A stretch of 64,000 bases of DNA. Source: a virus. The stretch spans positions 21,332 through 85,331 of IMG/VR virus record IMGVR_UViG_3300023174_000123, one strand, 5' to 3'. Under the pieces are notes generated by a model, which saw only the letters and a list, made by a program, of their open reading frames with translations, had not been told where the DNA came from and searched no databases. The position numbers and the translations under genes are program-made. Position 1 is the stretch's first letter, and each line of letters opens with the position of its first letter. Below are positions 39,634 to 48,983 of this stretch, piece after piece.

Positions 39634-40196
39634 AAAATATCGTTGTTGTTGGAGATAGTTTTTCTGCAGATACTGGCAATGACATCAGCTGGGTAGCTAA
39701 ATTATCTAATAACTATAATGTAAAAAATTTTAGTCAACGAGGAATTTCAGAATACCGACTTTATAATATTATACTAAAGAACATAGAGGAAATTTCCAAG
39801 GCCGACACAATAATTATTTTTCATACCAATCCCGATCGTGTATTTGTGCCAAACCACGTGCAGTTTCAATCTCGACAATTACAAACACACCCTCACATGG
39901 ATATGGTAGCGAACGATGCGTTAAATGATAAATGTTGGAAAAAGATCGCCGATTATTACTACAGATATTTTTATGATCAAGGACAACAAAATTGCATTTA
40001 TGAACTGTTGGTTGAAAAAATTGATAGGTTGGTAAAAATACAGAAAATCCATTGTTCTGGGTTCAACGTAGCATGTGAATCTATTACAATGAACTTGTTT
40101 TATCAGACAAAAATAGATCATCCTGGAACAATTAATCATTTTAATTCTGCCGGCAATCAATTTGTTTACAATTATTTAGAAAGTATAATTTGTTAA
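39609..40196 (+). CDS. SGNH/GDSL-like protein
   Basis: VGDSFS, NFSQRG.S, NHF..AGN. Confidence 0.65.
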   Translation: MVIKTTELKNIVVVGDSFSADTGNDISWVAKLSNNYNVKNFSQRGISEYRLYNIILKNIEEISKADTIIIFHTNPDRVFVPNHVQFQSRQLQTHPHMDMVANDALNDKCWKKIADYYYRYFYDQGQQNCIYELLVEKIDRLVKIQKIHCSGFNVACESITMNLFYQTKIDHPGTINHFNSAGNQFVYNYLESIIC

Positions 40197-41605
40197 AAGA
40201 CTACGGACTTGAAGTCCAACGCCTATTCTTAGAAATGATGTTGCAAGACGCAGAGAGTTATGTGCGTGTGCAGAACATCTACAATCCAGAAAACTTTGAT
40301 CGTAGTCTGAGACCTGCGGCTGAGTTTATCGCCCGGCACAGTGACGATCACAAGACCCTGCCCACGGCAGACCAGATACGAGCCAGCACTGGTGTTGCAC
40401 TCAATCATATTCCAGATCTCAACGAAGGACACTTTGAGTGGTTCATGACCGAGTTTGAAGGATTTACTAGACGTCAAGAATTAGAACGTGCCATTCTTAA
40501 AAGTGCAGACTTGTTGGAAAAGGGCGAGTATGATCCTGTGGAGAAACTGATCAAAGATGCTGTACAGATATCGTTGACCAAAGACATGGGCACAGACTAC
40601 TGGTCCGATCCCAAAACACGTATCAACAAGTATTTTAATTCAGGCGGACAAGTGTCAACAGGTTGGCCACAGATGGACAAGATCTTGTATGGTGGCTTTA
40701 GCCGTGGCGAACTCAACATTTTTGCAGGCGGATCAGGATCTGGAAAGAGCTTGGTCATGATGAACATAGCACTCAGTTGGTTGCAGGCAGGACTGTCGGG
40801 TGTGTATATCAGTTTAGAACTCAGTGAAGAACTATGTGCCCTGAGAACTGATGCCATGTTGGCCGGCATGAGCACCAAAGAGATACGCAAGGACATAGAT
40901 CAGACTGAACTCAAGGTCAAGCTTGTGAGCAAGAAAGCCGGACAGTATCGTATCAAAGCTCTGCCAGCACAAAGCAACATCAATGACATCCGTAGTTACA
41001 TCAAAGAAGTGCAAGTGCAAACAGGATTGAAAGTGGATTTTGTCATGTGTGATTATTTAGACTTGCTGATGCCTGTGAGTGCCAAAGTCAGCCCCAATGA
41101 CTTGTTTGTCAAAGACAAGTATGTGAGTGAGGAACTACGTAACTTGGCCAAAGAACTCAACGTGTTATTTGTGACAGCCAGTCAGTTGAATCGTAGTGCC
41201 GTGGAGGAAATTGAATTTGATCACAGTCATATCTCGGGCGGTATTTCAAAGATCAATACAGCGGATAATGTGTTTGGTATCTTTACAAGTCGTGCCATGC
41301 GTGAACGCGGCAAGTATCAAATACAATGTATGAAGAGCCGTAGTAGTACAGGTGTAGGACAAAAGATTGACTTGGATTATAACATAGAAACCATGCGTAT
41401 CACTGATCCAGGTGAAGATGCTAGTCCTGTAAATTCTTTCAAAAAGCCAGATATTTTGAGCAGTATCCGTACACAGAGTCGTGCCTTGCCGTCGGCAACA
41501 GACAATGAACAAGAATCGGACTCAATAGAAAACACAGGAAAAATCACAGCAGATGTTCAGAGTGCCAAACTCAAACAATTATTAGGAAAAATCAAAACCA
41601 CATGA
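40190..41605 (+). CDS. Replicative DnaB-family helicase, gp41-like
   Basis: GGSGSGKS, SLEL, DYLDL, TASQLNR, KSR. Confidence 0.92.
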   Translation: MLKDYGLEVQRLFLEMMLQDAESYVRVQNIYNPENFDRSLRPAAEFIARHSDDHKTLPTADQIRASTGVALNHIPDLNEGHFEWFMTEFEGFTRRQELERAILKSADLLEKGEYDPVEKLIKDAVQISLTKDMGTDYWSDPKTRINKYFNSGGQVSTGWPQMDKILYGGFSRGELNIFAGGSGSGKSLVMMNIALSWLQAGLSGVYISLELSEELCALRTDAMLAGMSTKEIRKDIDQTELKVKLVSKKAGQYRIKALPAQSNINDIRSYIKEVQVQTGLKVDFVMCDYLDLLMPVSAKVSPNDLFVKDKYVSEELRNLAKELNVLFVTASQLNRSAVEEIEFDHSHISGGISKINTADNVFGIFTSRAMRERGKYQIQCMKSRSSTGVGQKIDLDYNIETMRITDPGEDASPVNSFKKPDILSSIRTQSRALPSATDNEQESDSIENTGKITADVQSAKLKQLLGKIKTT

Positions 41606-42255
41606 ATCTAATTTGTTTCCCTCATTACACTTGTGGCGGATTACTATGTGACATCATGAACAAAACATTTTCTAAAGTTGCATCTAATGGTGGTATCGCT
41701 TCAATATATCATGCACTTGGCAAGATAGGTGATGCAGACACAGAGTTTGTGGATTATGATTCTCAGGATCTGATCAAAAAAATACAGGAAATAAACTGTG
41801 ATCAATCAACATGGGTTGGCACACACTGCTGGCCAGGAAAACTGGATTTGTCAATGTTTAATCGTGTAATAGCAGTAACTACTACCAGTTATCGCAGCAA
41901 GTTGTATCGTTGGACACGAGCTTATCATCATTATTACTTGAAATCAATTCCGTGGACTAGCCTACAAGGGCAACACAGGATTGACAAGGAAAGAGAAACT
42001 GCTAAAAATTATCTCAAATCATTTGATCCTGTGTTTCACCCAAATGTGATCAACATAGAATTTTCAGAGATTGTAGAAAATTCAATCGAGTTTCAACAGC
42101 TGATATACCCAGAAAAAATTAACGATCATCTTGAACGTTGGAAAAGTATAAACAAATTCCTGTATGAAGATAATATCTGGAATGGAATTCCATTCAAACG
42201 TTTTTACGAAGCAGAATCTGAGTGCAATTTAGACAAATATTATGTCTACCAATAA
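41602..42255 (+). CDS. Hypothetical protein, possible sulfotransferase/P-loop-like fold
   Basis: LICFPHYTCGGLL N-terminal loop, similar to the 29609 ORF. Confidence 0.45.
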   Translation: MNLICFPHYTCGGLLCDIMNKTFSKVASNGGIASIYHALGKIGDADTEFVDYDSQDLIKKIQEINCDQSTWVGTHCWPGKLDLSMFNRVIAVTTTSYRSKLYRWTRAYHHYYLKSIPWTSLQGQHRIDKERETAKNYLKSFDPVFHPNVINIEFSEIVENSIEFQQLIYPEKINDHLERWKSINKFLYEDNIWNGIPFKRFYEAESECNLDKYYVYQ

Positions 42256-42946
42256 GATTTTTTGTTTTGGAGACGGATATGCTCATGGCCATATATGGCC
42301 CGAATGGCCGCAAATTTTACAGGCATTGTTGCCATCGAATCAAGTAGTTGTCAAATCTGGAATAGGTGCCGGTAATGAATTTCTAATAGATCAACTGTTA
42401 AACTCGTCTTGTCAGGGACATTCGGTGATTTTTCAATGGGCTCAAGCCAACAGATTTGATAAATTGCTACAGGATGATCATTGGATGTGCATGGCCAAAC
42501 AAGACCCTGTGTATTTTTTTAATTTTGAAACTAATTTATCTGGCACCTGGTGGCTATCCAGTGCCAGTCAAAATCAAAAAATAAAAGAATATCATAATTT
42601 TTTTGTTCAAAGTCAGCAGGCACAACTGCGTGAAAAAAATCAAAAAATTTTGGTAGAAAATTATCTACAAAATCAAAATTGTGATTACTGGTTTACCAGC
42701 ACACATGAACAGGAACTATTCAGCCAGACCCACGCAGAAAAACATTTACGAGGCAAAGAAGTCCAACCCAGTCCACAGATGCATTTTCACTTTATTGTTG
42801 AATGCATAAAACCTGCTTTGAATCTACAAATAGACAGGGATTTACAACAAAAATTACAAACTTTTATCTTCAACACGGAATGGAAACCTTATGATCCTGA
42901 CCGTGTGGAAATTTGGCAGAATATCTGCACGCAAATAAGCTCTTGA
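42242..42946 (+). CDS. Degenerate SGNH-like protein
   Basis: FGDGYA, G.GAGN, QW...RFD, QPSP..H. Confidence 0.55.
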   Translation: MSTNKIFCFGDGYAHGHIWPEWPQILQALLPSNQVVVKSGIGAGNEFLIDQLLNSSCQGHSVIFQWAQANRFDKLLQDDHWMCMAKQDPVYFFNFETNLSGTWWLSSASQNQKIKEYHNFFVQSQQAQLREKNQKILVENYLQNQNCDYWFTSTHEQELFSQTHAEKHLRGKEVQPSPQMHFHFIVECIKPALNLQIDRDLQQKLQTFIFNTEWKPYDPDRVEIWQNICTQISS

Positions 42947-42990
42947 TCTGGCCCTATAATCAATAAATAATAAAAAGGTCCTGGCACAAA

Positions 42991-43239
42991 ATGCAGAAAA
43001 CAACAAGAAGTCTATTAGAAGAACTGGATGCTATGTACATCGAGCGTGATCAGCGCCACGTCATAGAAAATCGCGCCAGCAATGTGATCGCTAGTGCAAT
43101 ACGCCTGCTAGAGCAGATCGACGAAACTTATCCGGCAGATCAAGCTGAAAATCTCAAAAGAAAACTGCTTAACGCGATCAATCAGCGTGATCCTGCTAAA
43201 TTTACCCGCACAGTGAGACGCACCGATGCAAATTCATGA
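42991..43239 (+). CDS. Small helical hypothetical late protein
   Basis: TAAATA at 42964-42969; 82-aa ORF. Confidence 0.65.
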   Translation: MQKTTRSLLEELDAMYIERDQRHVIENRASNVIASAIRLLEQIDETYPADQAENLKRKLLNAINQRDPAKFTRTVRRTDANS

Positions 43240-44287
43240 GATTACACTGGCACGTGTAGATGAAGGCGTGCTGAGCACACTTGGCCAAGACATAAAAAGT
43301 GCTGTAACCGAGCCCTTCCAGAAATTCCAGGCTGCTGCCGCCGAACCCGGCGGACTTGCTTCAGCCGGTGGTTATGCCACAGCCATGGACAAATACTATC
43401 GCGGTCAGATAGAAAAACAACAACCAGCAATAGATCAACAACAGGCTCAACGGCTAGCCGCTCAAACAAAACAAAAAGCCAGCGAACTGGCACAACAGTG
43501 GACACAGTATTTGCAAAGCAAGCCCAAGCCCCCAACACGATTGAAGTCGGCACCCACACCCATCAAGCCCACCGGGCAATACGCTACTAAACCGGTGCCT
43601 GGAACCACCATTGACGTCAACGCACCGCCGCAGTTGGGCACCACGGTCAAACCCGTCACAGGACGATCAATGACCGTGCGAGAACAGGACGAGCCCATAA
43701 CCATTGGTGGCCAGACCTTGGATCCAAAGAATCCCAAAGACGCACAAGTTCTAGCGCAGATGCGCACCCAGGGCAAACTACCACAGCCCACGCCCACACA
43801 GGTTCAACCAGCCAAGACTGGGTTTGCGGCAGTTGCGGGACCCACTGCGCCACCGGGTGGAAAAGTGAGATCGTCTGTCACAGCCGCTCCTAAAAATGTT
43901 CTCACAGGAAGCCGAGCTCAAGAATTCCGAGACTGGGTCAACAAGCAGTTGTCAACGCAAGTCACCGGAACCAATCAGACCTTGACTTTGGATCAGGTGC
44001 GCAAGGCAGATCCTGCAGTGGCACAGCAACTAGCACAACTTTTGCCGGCCATAATCACTCAAAATGATACCCAGGCCATAGAACAATACTTTACCATAGC
44101 CATGCAGGCCATGCAACGACTGTCAGCACAGATGCGACAAGGCAGTCGTGCTCGGTATGGCACAGCTGGTGCAGGGGTAAGTCCACTCAGCACTGTGATC
44201 AGTCCACAGGCCATAGAAAGTATCAAGACCATGGCACAAGATCCGGTCAAGGCTCGCGCTATCAAACAAACGTTTGGACTGAAATAA
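43226..44287 (+). CDS. Gln/Pro/Thr-rich hypothetical virion protein
   Basis: MQIHEIT..VDE N-terminus; low-complexity central region. Confidence 0.6.
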   Translation: MQIHEITLARVDEGVLSTLGQDIKSAVTEPFQKFQAAAAEPGGLASAGGYATAMDKYYRGQIEKQQPAIDQQQAQRLAAQTKQKASELAQQWTQYLQSKPKPPTRLKSAPTPIKPTGQYATKPVPGTTIDVNAPPQLGTTVKPVTGRSMTVREQDEPITIGGQTLDPKNPKDAQVLAQMRTQGKLPQPTPTQVQPAKTGFAAVAGPTAPPGGKVRSSVTAAPKNVLTGSRAQEFRDWVNKQLSTQVTGTNQTLTLDQVRKADPAVAQQLAQLLPAIITQNDTQAIEQYFTIAMQAMQRLSAQMRQGSRARYGTAGAGVSPLSTVISPQAIESIKTMAQDPVKARAIKQTFGLK

Positions 44288-46164
44288 TGCAACTATACGA
44301 AGGTGGCAATGTATTCAAAGATGCCGACGGTCGTAGCCTGACCCAACGCATCAATCAAACCGATGTCAAATCTACCCTGGCATGGTTAGAAGAACTACTA
44401 CCTGGACTGGATCTACAAAACAACACTTTAGGCAGCACTGGTATCAAAGACACTTCGGGCGATCTTGACATTGCTGTTGATGTCAGCCAGGTAACCAAAG
44501 AACAACTTGAAGCAAGACTCAAACAGTGGGTTGCCAGTCATGGATTCAAACCCGATGAGTGGGTGCGCAAGAGTGGCACAGCAGTACACTTCCTTACTCC
44601 AATAAATGGCACACCCGACCAGGGTTACGTTCAAACCGACTTTATGTTCTTGAAAAATGTGCCATGGTCAAAGTTTGTGTTGGGTGCCATGCCTGCCGAT
44701 TCCAAATACAAAGGCAAAGAACGCAACGTGCTCATGAACAGCATAGCCAAGAGCATGGGATATAAATTAAATCAAATCGCTGGCATAGCGGATCGCGTCA
44801 CAGACAAAATCATTTCGGATGATCCAGATGCAGTGGCCAAGATGCTACTGAACAAAACAGCCACACGCCAGGACCTAGCTTCGGTGGAAAGCATACTGCA
44901 AGCTCTTAGCACAGATCCTGAACGCGAATCTAAACTGTCCGACTTCCGTGAACACATGAAGCGTGAGGGCCTGCCATTCTTGGAAAGCGCAGAATTATAT
45001 CGGCCCGTGAGTGATGTGAACTTCCTGGCCAAGCTGAGAGACAGAATTGTAAACCAAGGCATGCAACCCTTGATTGAGCAAACTTTGATGGAAGCTGAAG
45101 CACGCATTCCACACATTGAAGATCTAGTATTTGATCGTGGCACACGTGGTGTAGAAGAAGCCATGCAAATCATAAAGGACGCTGCCGAAGACACTAGAAA
45201 AACAACCACAGTCAAATGGGATGGCAAACCTGCTATAATCTGGGGTAGAGATGAACGCGGACAATTTGTATTGACGGACAAAAGTGGATTTGGTGCCAAG
45301 GGCTATGCAGGTCGTGCCACCAGCATGGCGCAGTTGGCCGGTATCATGAGTCAACGTGGCGGAGAACGTGGCGACCTGATTGGCATTTATGCCAAGCTAT
45401 GGCCCATGTTGGAAGCTGCTACACCTGAAAAGTTCCGCGGATACTTGCAAGGTGACTTGCTGTATACTGAAACTCCTCCTGAAGTGTCGGGCAACTATGA
45501 ATTCAAGCCCAACTTTGTGGAATATCGCATTCCAGCCTCAAGTAAACTGGGACAGGCCATTGGAGCCAGTGAAGTGGGCATAGCCGTGCATACCCGATAC
45601 AAAACTGCCGACGCCACAGCCGAACCTATAAGAAGTGCAAATCTAGATCCAGTGCCAGGCCTGCTCATAATTGAGCCCACGGTCAAAGACATCAAGAATG
45701 TCACACCCAACAAAAAACTCGTAGATCAACTGCGTGCAGTCATCAGCTCGCACGGTGCTGACATCAACAGCTTGTTTAATCCCGGCGAGCTCAGAGCCGC
45801 ACAACTCAGCGATTTGCCAGCACTTTGCAAACGCTACATCAACAGCCGTATCACCACCGACTATGAAAATTTATTACCAGACTTTGGAGCTTGGTTGCAG
45901 AAAAATGTCACACCAAGAAAGTACAACAACATAGTGGAATACCTGCAGAGCCCCAGAAGCAACATGGATGGAATCACAGCCGCGTTCACGGCGTTTTTGC
46001 TACTACATGAAATCAAGATGGACATGCTGGCGCAACTGGATCGCCAACAACCTGGACAAGAAGGCTGGGTTTTGGCCACTCCTGCAGGGCGAGCCAAGCT
46101 AGTCAACAGATTTGGGTTCAGTGCTGGAAATAAAATCTTAAACAACCCCAATTTGGTAACCTAA
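44287..46164 (+). CDS. Fusion of a PolX/Pol-beta-like nucleotidyltransferase and an ATP-dependent ligase-like (DUF6267-like) domain
   Basis: LGSTG...SGDLD..VQTD..GYKLNQ; then KWDG, QGDL, EGWV, AKLV. Confidence 0.7.
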   Translation: MQLYEGGNVFKDADGRSLTQRINQTDVKSTLAWLEELLPGLDLQNNTLGSTGIKDTSGDLDIAVDVSQVTKEQLEARLKQWVASHGFKPDEWVRKSGTAVHFLTPINGTPDQGYVQTDFMFLKNVPWSKFVLGAMPADSKYKGKERNVLMNSIAKSMGYKLNQIAGIADRVTDKIISDDPDAVAKMLLNKTATRQDLASVESILQALSTDPERESKLSDFREHMKREGLPFLESAELYRPVSDVNFLAKLRDRIVNQGMQPLIEQTLMEAEARIPHIEDLVFDRGTRGVEEAMQIIKDAAEDTRKTTTVKWDGKPAIIWGRDERGQFVLTDKSGFGAKGYAGRATSMAQLAGIMSQRGGERGDLIGIYAKLWPMLEAATPEKFRGYLQGDLLYTETPPEVSGNYEFKPNFVEYRIPASSKLGQAIGASEVGIAVHTRYKTADATAEPIRSANLDPVPGLLIIEPTVKDIKNVTPNKKLVDQLRAVISSHGADINSLFNPGELRAAQLSDLPALCKRYINSRITTDYENLLPDFGAWLQKNVTPRKYNNIVEYLQSPRSNMDGITAAFTAFLLLHEIKMDMLAQLDRQQPGQEGWVLATPAGRAKLVNRFGFSAGNKILNNPNLVT

Positions 46165-46185
46165 GTCCTGATTTTTACCAAAAGG

Positions 46186-46193
46186 TATAAATA
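46186..46193 (+). promoter_or_regulatory. Full T4 late promoter TATAAATA
   Basis: Exact match upstream of AAGGAG SD and ATG 46234. Confidence 0.8.
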
Positions 46194-46233
46194 AAAGTAG
46201 GCCCATTGAGGCCATATATTAAGGAGATTTATC

Positions 46234-46632
46234 ATGGCATTTATCACTAAAGTTTCTGGCGGATCACAACCAGTATTCAACCTAGACGTATTAAACGGTC
46301 CAATTGCACAATCAGCTAACATTGCTCAACAGGGTCCTTTCAACCCAGCTGGTCCTAAGTTAGACTTCTACACTTTTACAGCTAATGCTGCTATCGGTGC
46401 ACAAGGTGGTGTCAATGGTTTCGTTGCTAACGTGTTACAAGCATTGCAACAGACAACTACTGTAGCTATCGCTCAAGTAACAACAGGTACAACTCTTGCA
46501 GTTGCTACATATCCAACTGGCGCATTTGCTAACGTTGCTACAGCTTTGGCTGCTGCACAATCTGCAAACGGCACAATCGGTATCAGCTCTGCTACTGGTT
46601 CTGCTGAATTCACAAACTTGGCTGATCTATAA
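46234..46632 (+). CDS. Small, probably very abundant virion protein
   Basis: Own late promoter, strong SD and terminator; strongly biased codons (GCT, GGT, AAC, TTC). Confidence 0.7.
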   Translation: MAFITKVSGGSQPVFNLDVLNGPIAQSANIAQQGPFNPAGPKLDFYTFTANAAIGAQGGVNGFVANVLQALQQTTTVAIAQVTTGTTLAVATYPTGAFANVATALAAAQSANGTIGISSATGSAEFTNLADL

Positions 46633-46655
46633 TCAGTTGAATTTGTTCACACATC

Positions 46656-46678
46656 AAACCTGCTTCGGCAGGTTTTTT
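46656..46678 (+). terminator. Rho-independent terminator with C-UUCG-G tetraloop
   Basis: AAACCTGC-TTCG-GCAGGTTT followed by TTT. Confidence 0.92.
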
Positions 46679-46720
46679 GTTGACTTTGTAGCCCAACCTG
46701 TTATACTAGTTAAATACACC

Positions 46721-46972
46721 ATGGAAGTCAGCAAAGTCACAGAAGTAACCATATTCGAAAGCCCTGACGGCGGACGCACAGTGTATGCCAGAAAACCTGG
46801 CACCATCAAACGAGAGTTGCATTGGCAAGACCCCAACCTGCAACAAGAACTCAAAGAACTAGAAGCACAAAAACGCTGGGTGAACATATTCCAAGCCCGT
46901 AAAGACAATCCCGAACTGGACCGTTTGTGTGAACAGGTTGAACTCATATATGAACTGGGACGACAAGAATGA
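46721..46972 (+). CDS. Hypothetical protein (IFESPDGGRTVYAR)
   Basis: TAAATA at 46711-46716, 4 nt before the ATG; start reassigned. Confidence 0.7.
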   Translation: MEVSKVTEVTIFESPDGGRTVYARKPGTIKRELHWQDPNLQQELKELEAQKRWVNIFQARKDNPELDRLCEQVELIYELGRQE

Positions 46973-47397
46973 GATACATGTGCCAAACCCAATTTGATAT
47001 CACAGCCACTGGAGTCACTGGACATTGCAAGATCACACGCATGCCATTTCGTGACCGTGCTGATCAGGAAATCTGTGACACTGAAAGTTGGAATCGCAGC
47101 CGCAATCAGCAACGAAACTGGGAAACCATAACACAAATCCTAGGCCTGCGCACACAGTTGTTTGATCTTACCGAGCCAGTGGTAGACATCACTGGCACAC
47201 GCTGGATGTTTGAATTTGAAACCGAAAGCGAAGGTATCTATGGCGACGAATCTGACCCTACACAGGTTCTGCGTGCAGATGCAGAAGGTGTGCCCATGTT
47301 GATAGAACTTAACAATCACCCTGACATTGAGCCGTATTTGGTGACCAATGGCCCACGACAGAATATTTGGTTTGCACCAGTATCCATAAATACTTGA
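46969..47397 (+). CDS. Hypothetical protein (FDITATG..NQQRNWET)
   Basis: ATGA overlap, 142 aa. Confidence 0.7.
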   Translation: MRYMCQTQFDITATGVTGHCKITRMPFRDRADQEICDTESWNRSRNQQRNWETITQILGLRTQLFDLTEPVVDITGTRWMFEFETESEGIYGDESDPTQVLRADAEGVPMLIELNNHPDIEPYLVTNGPRQNIWFAPVSINT

Positions 47398-47399
47398 TT

Positions 47400-47663
47400 A
47401 TGAGCGAAGCTACAGACATCGAAAAGAAAAGCCTGGAAGCACACGTGGAATTGTGTGCTGAACGCTACAATCAGCTGGAAGGCCGATTTGAACACGTGGA
47501 AGGCAAGATCAACCATCTTGAAACTCTCCTGCGCGAAGTGCATGACATGGTGCAGAGGATGGCTGACAAGCGCACCGACCAGCTGATTGGTTGGGGTGTG
47601 GGCGTAATTGGTGCCTTGCTTGCTACTACTGTTTATCTTATAACACACTACGTTTTACAATGA
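47400..47663 (+). CDS. Coiled-coil protein with C-terminal TM helix (XhlA-like architecture)
   Basis: Heptad region followed by LIGWGVGVIGALLATTVYLI; TAAATA at 47387-47392. Confidence 0.6.
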   Translation: MSEATDIEKKSLEAHVELCAERYNQLEGRFEHVEGKINHLETLLREVHDMVQRMADKRTDQLIGWGVGVIGALLATTVYLITHYVLQ

Positions 47664-48154
47664 TTAGTCCTGAATTTGATCGCATGTTCCGCCAGGAATT
47701 TCGTGATCTCATGCCCAACATGATCTGGAAAAACGACAACGGGGTATACGAAGTGTTTGACCGTTACAGGATCTCACCGGCCAAAATAGGTTATACAGTG
47801 TTTTGCTCCGCCACAGAAGTGGGCACATTCAGCTCTACTCGTTCGGCTTTGAGCTGGTGCATAGCCGACAAACATCACGCCTACAACACAGCCCGAGAAC
47901 TCCTGGAAACCGACCGCAAATTGGCTTATTTGACCCACGACATAGCCACTCGAGCTGGTATTGGTGATCGTAGCCGTGATCCTATGTTGCGAGAAACTAT
48001 TTTGGCCAAGTTAGAAAGCAAGATCATCCACAAAAAACTCTTGGAAAATCAACTGACCAAATGTGTCAAGTGGGCTAAATATGTTCAACAACGAGGATTT
48101 GAAGATGAAACTCAACGAATTGGCCGTGGCCAACCCAACAAAGCAAGCCGCTAA
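47660..48154 (+). CDS. Hypothetical protein
   Basis: ATGA overlap, coiled-coil C-terminus. Confidence 0.6.
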   Translation: MISPEFDRMFRQEFRDLMPNMIWKNDNGVYEVFDRYRISPAKIGYTVFCSATEVGTFSSTRSALSWCIADKHHAYNTARELLETDRKLAYLTHDIATRAGIGDRSRDPMLRETILAKLESKIIHKKLLENQLTKCVKWAKYVQQRGFEDETQRIGRGQPNKASR

Positions 48155-48983
48155 AGTATTTGAAAGCTACTTTGGTAATACAGTTAAATTTGATGCGGTC
48201 ACACCATCTCAGGCCCGTGGCATGCTCAAGCGTGTGCGTGCCATGATTGCAGAACATCGCCGCACTCCAGGATTCCACAACAGTGAGCAAAATCCCGCTT
48301 ATTTGAAATTAGTAGTCATGGAACAAGCTCTGGCAACACAGGCCATGGCACCAGGCGCAGGTTCTGCACCACAGCAAACCCCTCAACAGCAACAGGCTGC
48401 TATGACCTTGCAACGCCAACAAAAGCAACGTCAACTCGACGATGAAGAAAAACAGTTGACCAAACAGGCTCAAGACATAACGGCTAGAAAAGCTGCGATA
48501 CAAAAAGAAAAAGCTATGCTGGAAACACGCAAGAGCTTGAAACAACGACTCAAAGAAGCAAGTGAAGTTCAACAGGCTCAAGTTGTTTTGGCATCACAAG
48601 ACATGGTAGACCAAGTGCAGAAGATGAGTGAACAGGTTTCGGCCATGCAGTTCAAAGACCTACCAGCCTTGGTAGATCAGATCAAGAATGAAGTTGGCGT
48701 AGATCAAGCCATGCAGTTCAACACTGATGCCACAGCGGCCTTGGCAGGCTTGTTGCAAAATCTACAAGGTGCCAAGACACAGTTGGAAGCTGCACTAGGT
48801 GTGGTCACAGGTCAAGCTCCTATTGTACCAGGCGCTGACATGACAGCTGATCAAGGTCTTGGCAGTGAAATGCCAGCCGAATTACCAGCGCCCGGTGAAG
48901 AAGAAATTGATGTCACTGACATTGATGTTGAAGAGCCTGGTGCAGAAACACCAGCCGCATCATTGGGTCGTGCCCGTAGATAA
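48105..48983 (+). CDS. Helical Gln/Ala-rich head or scaffold-like protein
   Basis: MKLNEL start with GAGG SD, TAAATA at 48076-48081; coiled coils and acidic tail ending LGRARR. Confidence 0.55.
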   Translation: MKLNELAVANPTKQAAKVFESYFGNTVKFDAVTPSQARGMLKRVRAMIAEHRRTPGFHNSEQNPAYLKLVVMEQALATQAMAPGAGSAPQQTPQQQQAAMTLQRQQKQRQLDDEEKQLTKQAQDITARKAAIQKEKAMLETRKSLKQRLKEASEVQQAQVVLASQDMVDQVQKMSEQVSAMQFKDLPALVDQIKNEVGVDQAMQFNTDATAALAGLLQNLQGAKTQLEAALGVVTGQAPIVPGADMTADQGLGSEMPAELPAPGEEEIDVTDIDVEEPGAETPAASLGRARR

